NCBI GenBank assembly: GCA_963422765.1
Contig: OY730490.1
Coordinates: forward strand, 1,613,861 to 1,677,860
Direction of reading: 5' to 3'
Origin: Dehalococcoidia bacterium
GTDB lineage: Bacteria > Chloroflexota > Dehalococcoidia > Lucifugimonadales > UBA3495
Length of the DNA stretch: 64,000 bases
The position numbers were made by a program, and so were the translations under genes. Each line of letters opens with the position of its first letter. Position 1 is the stretch's first letter. The notes beneath the pieces are model-generated. The model worked only from the letters and a program-made list of their open reading frames with translations, was not told the origin of the DNA and searched no databases. Shown piece after piece: positions 28,632 to 36,332 of the stretch.

Positions 28632-28678
28632 CCGCTGCTTACCCGGCTTGGGCGCTTGGATTAAGTGGCGAGGCATGG
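28632..28678. repeat. 47-nt dispersed repeat R, copy 2
   Basis: 46/47 identical to 27844-27890. Confidence 0.9.
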
Positions 28679-28732
28679 GAGAGGCTCTGTTTCTGTTCGG
28701 AATCCTAGCGTAGGAAAGCATCCGCAAACCGG

Positions 28733-29314
28733 CTACCCGGCCAAGGACATCACTGAATACACACCTAGGATGCCTGCGAGGCTGATAAGACCTGTCCCCA
28801 TCCACCATACAGCCGAATTTCGTGGGTCCCGGACCAATATCACTCCCAGCATCGCCGGTATAGCAGCCCAAGCGGCAGACTCAATGAGAAATAGAGTAAC
28901 GTAGACCGCCTGCGAAAGGGTGGGGGCCGTCTCCATGGTTAACAAAGCGCCGGTCAAGCCCTCAATGGAAGCGGAAACCGCATTTATCCCGGAAGCCTCT
29001 AGGATCCATATAACTGGAAGGGCAAGAAGCGCGAAAACCGCCCGGTTTGCAACGCCAGGGTGCCGAGGGCCACGCCATACTGTGCAGACAGCCACCGGAA
29101 AAGCCCCCAGACAGACTAACGGCAACAACCTGAATCCCCAACCCAAAAGAAACGGCCGACCGGAAAGGTCTACGAATCCCGCTACCAGGCTGGCAACACA
29201 GACTACACCCAGGGCCGCTCCTATTGCCTGGGTCGCTCCATTCTGTGCATAACGAGATAATGACTCGCTTGCTAGGGCTACGCAGAGGGCGGCGATTAGA
29301 TATTCCTCATCCAT
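28733..29314 (-). CDS. Polytopic membrane protein, unknown family (193 aa, about 6 TM)
   Basis: Hydrophobic helices run throughout the protein. It lies immediately downstream of the decayed secreted-protein gene. Confidence 0.45.
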   Translation of the reverse strand: MDEEYLIAALCVALASESLSRYAQNGATQAIGAALGVVCVASLVAGFVDLSGRPFLLGWGFRLLPLVCLGAFPVAVCTVWRGPRHPGVANRAVFALLALPVIWILEASGINAVSASIEGLTGALLTMETAPTLSQAVYVTLFLIESAAWAAIPAMLGVILVRDPRNSAVWWMGTGLISLAGILGVYSVMSLAG

Positions 29315-29340
29315 AGGTCACCCACCAACCCCAAATTCCC

Positions 29341-30143
29341 TCAGCCATCTACTGGCACAAAGGCCCGAGACCTGGGTGAACAGTGCATTCGGGGGGTTGC
29401 CGTGCAAGAAGATGTCCCGTCACCGTTATGGCGTTTGGATACCGACCCCATAACTTCACTCCAACACCAGATAAAGCAGTATTGAAATTTGCCTATAGCG
29501 GCGTCTTCGTGAAATAAATCCCCTTGTGTTCCGTAGCTTTGTTTACTTGTGTTCCGTAGCTTTGTTTAATGGTGTGCCTCTGAAATTACCAGCCAGGGCC
29601 GGGGGTATAAGCGTTCACTTGAAAGAGCGGCTCAGACGCAATGCTCACCCCGTCCCAGCACCAATAAGTCGATGACCGGTAGCGCCACTTTGGGTCGCCG
29701 GTTCTGCCGTAGTCTTCAGCAGTTCTTGTGTGCGTAGCGCAGGAGGTGCTTGCCAGCAAGCCGTCAGGGGCATCAAACAGAGCAGACGTATCCAGCACAT
29801 CTCCTTCAGCAGCTTTCAGTTGAGGTTGAATAACCGCCCATTCGGCCGGATTATCGATAGCCCAACGAATGCTATTTTTCGCCCACGCCAGAAGCTCTGC
29901 CGTTTCGCCATCAGACAATTCTGAGGAATAAGTGTGCTTTAAAACGGCTGCCAGTTGTTCATCCGACAGTTTGGATGCTTCCAGAGCCCGGTCATCTGCT
30001 GAGAACACCTTCCCGGCCAGATTTTTGACCACCTCCGGGTCGTCAAGGTTGGGTGGGGGTTCCTGAGCCTGCACACCTCCTGCGACGGCGAATAACAGGG
30101 CCGCCAGCGCCAGGATAACCGTGAGTTTGATTCTGGCTGTCAT
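29341..30143 (-). pseudogene. Secreted-protein paralogue disrupted by a TAA nonsense codon and a 23-bp tandem duplication
   Basis: It has the same signal peptide as 26952-27605. The TAA at 29586-29588 aligns with a Glu (PGW-E-Y) in the intact paralogue. With one duplication copy removed, the downstream frame continues into homologous ...GKFQYC...SKRHNGDGT. Confidence 0.7.
29523..29568. repeat. Perfect 23-bp tandem duplication
   Basis: CTTGTGTTCCGTAGCTTTGTTTA occurs twice in tandem. Confidence 0.95.
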
Positions 30144-30220
30144 GGTTCACACCCCCTTGCGCTCTGCCTCCGACGGGCGGACTTAGACTTCCTTTTTTAG
30201 CCAGGGGATCTAATATATCG

Positions 30221-30249
30221 TTTATATCAATAAAAATTATCACTGTCAA
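30221..30249 (-). promoter_or_regulatory. Strong sigma-70-like promoter (module copy C)
   Basis: On the - strand: TTGACA, 17-nt spacer, TATAAA. Confidence 0.55.
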
Positions 30250-30252
30250 TGT

Positions 30253-30268
30253 TGTGAAAACAATCACG
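30253..30268. promoter_or_regulatory. CRP/FNR-type palindrome TGTGA-N6-TCACG (copy C)
   Basis: TGTGAAAACAATCACG, identical to 27715-27730. Confidence 0.35.
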
Positions 30269-30490
30269 ATATTGTGTATCTGGCATGATGATTTTGCGTC
30301 TTTAGCTTTCAACTTCACGGCTCGAAACCGGCGGAGGTAACCCGCCGACGGCTCGTGGCCTCTGTCCCGCCCTTGACCGGCGGCGAAGGCGGTTTTATTC
30401 TTTATGATATAAATCTTCAACTGTCTTACATTTTGTCCGTCTGTCCGTCTCAATAACCCCGTCTCAATAACCAGGGAGGAAAGGAGAGCA

Positions 30491-32098
30491 ATGCCAGCCA
30501 AGAGCATTATCAGCGACCAAGCCGCGCAGCAGGCCCTGTTGCACGGCATCTCCATGGTGTCCAATGCGGTCGGGCGCACTCTGGGGCCCAAGGGCCGCAA
30601 CGTGGCCGTGGAAAAGAAATGGGGCGCCCCGGTCATCACCAACGACGGCGTCACCATCGCCAAAGAGGTGGAGCTGCCCGAATCCTTCGAGAATATGGGC
30701 GCCCAGCTAATCAAGGAGGCCGCCAGTAAGACCAACGACGTGGCCGGCGACGGCACTACTACCGCCACCGTGCTGGCCCATACCATCGTCCGCGAGGGTA
30801 TGCGGAACGTGGCCGCCGGGGCCGATCCCATGGCCATCAAGCGCGGGCTGGACAAGTGCGTTCAAGCCTTGGTGAAAGAGCTGGCCGGAATCTCGACGCC
30901 GGTGCAGGGCCGCGATCAGATGTCCCAGGTCGCCACAATTTCCGCCAACGACAGCGAGATCGGCAATATGCTGGCCGACGTGCTGGAGCAGGTGGGAGCC
31001 GAGGGCGTGGTCACCATCGAAGAAGGCAAGGGCGTCGAATCCGAGACCGAGTACGTCGAGGGCATGAACTTCGACCGCGGCTACATCAGCCCCTATTTCG
31101 TCACCAACCCAGAGCGGATGGAATCCGTCATTGAGAGTCCACATATTCTGGTGACAGACAAAAAAATCTCCTCGGCCGCCGAGCTGGTGCCAGTCCTGGA
31201 GAGCGCGCTTCAGGTCACCCGCAACCTGGTGGTCATCGCCGAAGACGTGGAGAGCGAGGCGCTGGCGGTTCTGGTGGTCAACAAACTGCGCGGCACCATC
31301 AACTGCCTGGCGGTAAAGGCCCCAGGATTCGGTGACCGCCGCAAGGCCATGCTGGAAGACATAGCCATCCTCACCGGCGCCCAAGTGGTGTCCGAAGAGC
31401 GGGGACGCCGGCTGGACCAAGCCACCGCCGCCGACCTCGGCCAAGCCCGGCGCATCGAAACCACTAAAGACCGCACCACCATCGTCGGCGGCAGCGGCGA
31501 CCCGGTGGATATTAAAGGCCGGGGCGAGCAGATACGGGTACAAATTGAGGAAACCACCTCCGAATACGACAAGGAAAAGCTCCAGGAACGGCTGGCCAAG
31601 CTGTCCGGCGGCGTGGCGGTGGTCAAGGTTGGCGCCCCCACGGAGCCAGAATTGAAAAACCGCAAGGCCCGCGTGGAAGACGCCCTGTCGGCCACCCGCG
31701 CCGCAGTGGAAGAGGGCATCGTCCCCGGCGGCGGCGTGGCCTACATCCGCGCTATGTCTGCGCTGGACGGCGCCAGTCTCACCGGCGACGAGGAAGTGGG
31801 CCGCACCATCCTTAGAAAAGCCTTGGAAGAGCCAGTGCGCATCATCGCCCGCAACTCCGGCGGAGAGCCCGCCGTGGTGGTGGACGAGGTGCGCCGCAAC
31901 AGCGCCCGCAACTTTGGCTACGACGCGGCCCGCGGCGAGTTCGGCGATATGGTGGAGCGGGGCATCATTGACCCGACCAAAGTATCTCGCTCGGCCTTGG
32001 AGAACGCCTCCAGCGTGGCCGGCATGATACTGACCACCTACTCGCTGATTACTCCCGAGGAAGAGGAGAAACAGGACCACCACGGCCATCATCACTAG
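30491..32098 (+). CDS. groEL: Chaperonin GroEL (60 kDa) with His-rich C-terminus
   Basis: Canonical N-terminus ...[50 protein letters not shown]. It ends ...[12 protein letters not shown] instead of a GGM tail. Confidence 0.95.
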   Translation: MPAKSIISDQAAQQALLHGISMVSNAVGRTLGPKGRNVAVEKKWGAPVITNDGVTIAKEVELPESFENMGAQLIKEAASKTNDVAGDGTTTATVLAHTIVREGMRNVAAGADPMAIKRGLDKCVQALVKELAGISTPVQGRDQMSQVATISANDSEIGNMLADVLEQVGAEGVVTIEEGKGVESETEYVEGMNFDRGYISPYFVTNPERMESVIESPHILVTDKKISSAAELVPVLESALQVTRNLVVIAEDVESEALAVLVVNKLRGTINCLAVKAPGFGDRRKAMLEDIAILTGAQVVSEERGRRLDQATAADLGQARRIETTKDRTTIVGGSGDPVDIKGRGEQIRVQIEETTSEYDKEKLQERLAKLSGGVAVVKVGAPTEPELKNRKARVEDALSATRAAVEEGIVPGGGVAYIRAMSALDGASLTGDEEVGRTILRKALEEPVRIIARNSGGEPAVVVDEVRRNSARNFGYDAARGEFGDMVERGIIDPTKVSRSALENASSVAGMILTTYSLITPEEEEKQDHHGHHH

Positions 32099-32169
32099 AA
32101 ACCTTCGCCGCCGGACTTCATTTGGCTGGCGGTAAGAAGGAAGACTAAAAAATCGCTGAGGTGATTTTT

Positions 32170-32283
32170 ATGCTTGCTTCAATGATGGTTTCCATCTGGA
32201 CCTGCGACAAGTGCGGCCACGAGAATGGCCCCATGCGCGACGTGTTCTGCGACAAGTGCGGCCAGCGCCGCCCCGGTTGGTAG
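32170..32283 (+). CDS. 37-aa zinc-ribbon mini-protein (two CxxC pairs)
   Basis: MLASMMVSIWTCDKCGHENGPMRDVFCDKCGQRRPGW. RBS GAGGTGA lies 6 nt upstream, and a 17-bp-stem terminator follows. It is below the 60-aa cutoff of the ORF track. Confidence 0.5.
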   Translation: MLASMMVSIWTCDKCGHENGPMRDVFCDKCGQRRPGW

Positions 32284-32318
32284 AACGGACAAGTCCAGCG
32301 ACGCGCGAGTCGCAGCAA

Positions 32319-32357
32319 AAGGGAAACGGGCCGGAGAAATTCCGGCCCGTTTCCCTT
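32319..32357. terminator. Bidirectional hairpin terminator (17-bp stem, 5-nt loop)
   Basis: AAGGGAAACGGGCCGGA-GAAAT-TCCGGCCCGTTTCCCTT, between the convergent zinc-ribbon and RM genes. Confidence 0.75.
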
Positions 32358-32367
32358 TACGCAAACA

Positions 32368-35300
32368 TCAGCCGCCGCTACTGTAATCCGGCAGTATCAC
32401 TCGCACCGAATCGTCAATGGCGGTCATAATACCCTCTATTTCCCGGTCTCGCAGCACATCGTTGCGCTTGATGCGACGGCGCCCGGCCTGCGCCTCCGTC
32501 ACCAGCGCCGCAACCCGCCGGTGGGCCAGCTCCGACTGCGCCGACAGATTGGAGTGGTGTTCGTTGCCAGCATCAAAGGCCGGGATGGGCAGATTTTCGA
32601 TAGGTCCCATCTGAAAGTGTCGGTCTGACAAGCGACAACATTTCTTAAAGAAATCCGCAAGTGCTGGAGCATTGAAAACAGCAGACAAGTAGTAAAGCTC
32701 ATTACCATCACCCGACGCATACCAATTTAACGTCCCGTCAATAACAATCCCTGGCGGAGCTACGGCAGAAATCAACCAAGAACCAGAGCGCTGATATATT
32801 ACTTTACAGTGCTCTGTGTTACAAAGCTGCGACGATAGTTTTCCTTGATAGTCCACTTGGTCAAGCAAGGTATGGGGCGGGCGAGGGCCGCTCAGACGGC
32901 GCCAATCCCGGTCAGCGTTATCCCAATATACCCGGAAATCCGCCGCGGCCTCCCCTTGCGGCAAACCGGATTCCAGCCTTCGGCCATCTTCGCTAAAAGG
33001 AGCGATGATGTGGGAATAGCCGTTAACGCCAAAGGGCAGCAGCAGCCGGGAAAACAGCGCCGGCCTTACAAACCGCTTTTCAATCCGGCCATCCCGTTCC
33101 TTACCCTTCCAGGCGCCTTTGCCGGTATTCGTTCTGAAATACACTTTACTCAACGCCTTAGACGAAGGCTGCTCAAAAACCACCAGCGGCTGCGGAAAGA
33201 GCGTTGCCCCATTACGGAAAGCATTGGCGTAGGCGGGGCTGGGGGCCGTGGCCCGGTTTTGCCGAGGGGTGAAAGTCAATTTGGGGCGAACTTCATCCCA
33301 CGGCATTTTGGGGTTGACCAGCCCGGCGTTGGCGACTTCCTGAATTCCAGACAGCGGCACGGCTTTGGCCTGCCGCTGCTCATCGGTATTCAATTTCGTT
33401 CCGAAAATCACCGCCGAATTAGCTTGGGGGAAGGGCGGAGCTTTGACTTTTATAAAGTCCCAAGCATCCTTGCTAAGGACGGCGAGATTGGCCCGGTGGC
33501 TGGCGGTTGCGAGCAGGCTCCACTCCCCGGAACGGAAGGGCGCCCACTGGCGGGCGCGCAGGGCGGCATAAGGCAAGACAAAGCCGAACTTGCCGCCGGG
33601 TTTCAGGTAGTAATCCACGCAGGTAGCCACAAAGGTTGCCGCCAGGTCATTCTGAGTCGCCAGATTGCGCCCGGCCCACAGCTTGCGGGCCTGCGCCTGT
33701 TGCCGGAAGGCGTCCTGCCGGTCAGCGGCCATCGCGTTGTAGACTACCCAAGGCGGGTTGCCGATGAGCCGCGAGGCTGGCAGTTGCGCCAAGCGGTAGG
33801 GCTGGGCCAAGTTGGAGATGTACCAGAGCCATACATGGTTGCGCCCTTCTTCAATGTAGCGGCGCACCCGGCGGTAAACCTCAAGCATTGCCTCCTTTTC
33901 GACGCCGGTATTGAGGCCAAGCGCCGCCGCCAAGTCCTCCTCGATACCGGGGTAATCGGAGAGCTCGGCATAGTCAAAGACTTGGTTCAGACAAGGGCGA
34001 AACAGGTCAGAGAGCAGGAGAGTGCGGGGGAGTTTTAGTGGTGCGTCCGGGGCATCGGTGGGAATGCTCACCAGGGCGTCTAACTCAAAGAGCGTCTGGT
34101 TGTGGGTAATATCCCATTGCAGACTGTCGCCGAGATATACCCCAACATCATTTTCAGATTTTGCGTCCTATGCAAAATCTGAAAATGATAAAATTTTTGT
34201 GGTTTTAGCCAATTCAACCGCGACCGGGTGCAGGTCCATCCCGGCAACCAGGCCGTTGACCATTTCAACCTGAGCTTGCGGGCTGTTCGCCAGTTCCGGA
34301 TGCTCGCGGGCGTCTTCCAGAAGCAGTTGGACGGCGTGAAACAGGAATGTGCCGGAGCCGCACGCCGGGTCAAGAACCGCCGGGCCCGGCATCTGGCCGG
34401 CCACGGCCAGCTCGATGACTTCCCTCCGCCACTCCGCATCCATCACTTCTTCACACACCGCGCGGGCCAGCCAGTCGGGGGTGTAGTATTCGCCGAAATC
34501 GTGGCGTATGTCGCGGGGAATGACAACGTGATACAAGTCTTTCAGCGTGTCTCTGCCGTAGGACTGCCAATCGTAGCGGCCCACTTTTGCAATTATGTCA
34601 TCCAGCATATCCTCCCCTGCTTTCCCGGCGGCGTCCAGCAGCCATGCAGCGAAACCCTGAGTCAGATCGGCGTGAAGGCGGTCGCGGTTCAGCGCTTGGG
34701 GCGTCACCGGCAGAATGGTATTGGCCACAGCGCGGGCAATTACCACCAGCATGGTATGGCGGGCAAAGAGGTCTCGCTCGGCGGCGCTGTCGCTGGGCGG
34801 GGTAATGTAGGCTCCTCGCAGCACATCGCGCCACAACTTGCGTTTCACGTCGTAGGCCGGCGATTGGTGGCAGGCGCCGGCCAAGTCAATGTACCGCATA
34901 GCCAAATCTTCCACCCATTTTTCATCATCGGTGGGCGGGGTCAGTTTCGTCGCACGGTCTACAAACTCATATAGATACTCCAAAAGCACATCGTCATCAT
35001 CCGGGGCATACAGGCTGAGTTCCCGCTCCAGTGTCAGACGCTGCGCCGACGGCAAATCCAAGTCAGATCTGTAGCTATAAAAGCTCCATTCCTTGCCATC
35101 GGTAATACAAGAACGCCAGCCCGTATGGCCCAAGTCAAGCAATCTGGGTTTCTGGGACAAGGCGTCCAGGTAGCGGACGGCCTGCTCTTCGGGGGTTTCG
35201 ACGGAGCGATCTGGTTTGGTTCGGGCGTCATCTTTTTTGCCCTGCCGTTTGGTCTCGAAAACCACGTTCCGGCAGTAAACGTCTACCGGCCCATCCCCGG

Positions 35301-35484
35301 ATTGGTACTGCTGGGCTATATCAGGGTATTCCAGAGCAGGGAACAAGTGGCCCAATATGGAATACAAATGTGACTCAACTTGCGCCTCGGGAGCATACCG
35401 GGACAGCATCCGCAATTGGGCTATGCCTTCTCTAGCCAGATCCCAGTAGGGCGTTCCGGTAATGTCGTTTCGCAACAATGTCAA
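32368..35484 (-). pseudogene. MmeI-like (type IIL/IIG) single-chain restriction-modification enzyme interrupted by one in-frame TAG
   Basis: The N-terminal PD-(D/E)xK-like motif is DVYCRNVVFETK. MTase motif I (VLDPACGSGTFLF) is in the upstream ORF. GDSL and motif IV (IGNPPW) are in the downstream ORF. Both ORFs share one frame, separated only by the TAG at 34168-34170. Confidence 0.7.
34147..34189. repeat. Perfect 18-bp AT-rich palindrome with 7-nt loop, inside the RM gene
   Basis: ATCATTTTCAGATTTTGC-GTCCTAT-GCAAAATCTGAAAATGAT. The loop contains the complement of the interrupting TAG. Confidence 0.95.
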
Positions 35485-35523
35485 TACCCCCGCTGGCGAG
35501 ATGGCGAACGCAGGCGGATTCAG

Positions 35524-36285
35524 CTACGCATAGCGCAGCAGGGCTTCAGCCACGGCATCCGGTTTCTGCCACGCCGCCATGTGGCAGGCGTCTATCTCCA
35601 GGGTCTCTTCGCTGTTCAGGCGCTCGGCAGTGCGGCGCTGCGCGGCTGGCGTGACCAACCTGTCTTCTGTCAGAACGATGCAGGTCAAAGGAGCAGGCAA
35701 GCCGGAAGCGGCCTCCGGAGACAACCTGGACCTTAACAAACGGGTGGGCAGAGGGCCAAAGAACCCGAGAATCTGCACGATATCCATAGCTTCCATGGTG
35801 TTGCACAGGAAGCGGTTAATGGCTGGACCAGAGAACCTGAACTCTTGCTGCGAGAGCGCGCTGAGCAGAGAAAATAACTGGAACCATGAGCTAGCCCCAT
35901 TGGCGCAACTGCTAATCAGCGAGCGGCGGCCTCGGGGGACTGCGGGGCCGACCAATGCCAGGCGCTTCGGGGGCGCAGGGAGTTGCTTTGCGGCTTCCAG
36001 CACAATACCTGCCGAAACTCCGTAGCCCACCAGCACCAAGTCCTTCAACCGTTCTTGCTCCACGGCGTGGATGATGGCATTCACGCACTCTTCCAGCCGG
36101 ACAGCGGCGGTGTCGCCTTGCGAGTCCGGCCCATGGCCCGGCAGGTCTACCGGGTGAACGCGGTTGGCGCGGCGCGGCTTATACAGCGTTGGCGGGTGCT
36201 CCACCGGGGCCGTCATCAGTCCCCAGACCTTGCCCCAGACCCAAGAACCTTGCCCAGCGCCATGCACTAGCAGATAGTCGGTCAT
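35524..36285 (-). CDS. Alpha/beta-fold hydrolase
   Basis: N-terminus LLVHGAGQGSWVW and nucleophile elbow GVSAG. Length is 253 aa. Confidence 0.65.
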   Translation of the reverse strand: MTDYLLVHGAGQGSWVWGKVWGLMTAPVEHPPTLYKPRRANRVHPVDLPGHGPDSQGDTAAVRLEECVNAIIHAVEQERLKDLVLVGYGVSAGIVLEAAKQLPAPPKRLALVGPAVPRGRRSLISSCANGASSWFQLFSLLSALSQQEFRFSGPAINRFLCNTMEAMDIVQILGFFGPLPTRLLRSRLSPEAASGLPAPLTCIVLTEDRLVTPAAQRRTAERLNSEETLEIDACHMAAWQKPDAVAEALLRYA

Positions 36286-36332
36286 TGCCCGCTTTGCTCC
36301 CGTATCATTCTTCTTCCGGTTTTCGGAATTAT

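Noticed and set aside
30280-30490. CIRCE (HrcA operator) upstream of groEL.
   Set aside because: No TTAGCACTC-N9-GAGTGCTAA-like inverted repeat is visible in the 210-nt upstream region.
30707-32095. 462-aa ORF antisense to groEL. Similar long antisense or out-of-frame ORFs occur elsewhere (e.g. 11517-12833, 13565-14404, 20723-21661, 32845-34038, 47254-48261, 59100-59831).
   Set aside because: High GC content keeps stop-poor frames open opposite real genes. The products are Arg/Ala/Gly/His-rich low-complexity sequence with no motifs or RBS. The sense-strand genes have unmistakable family signatures.
34080-34439. 119-aa ORF spanning the gap between the two RM-enzyme ORFs in another frame.
   Set aside because: It is out of frame with the conserved methyltransferase motifs and has no RBS or recognisable motif. 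The in-frame continuation across the TAG explains the region better.
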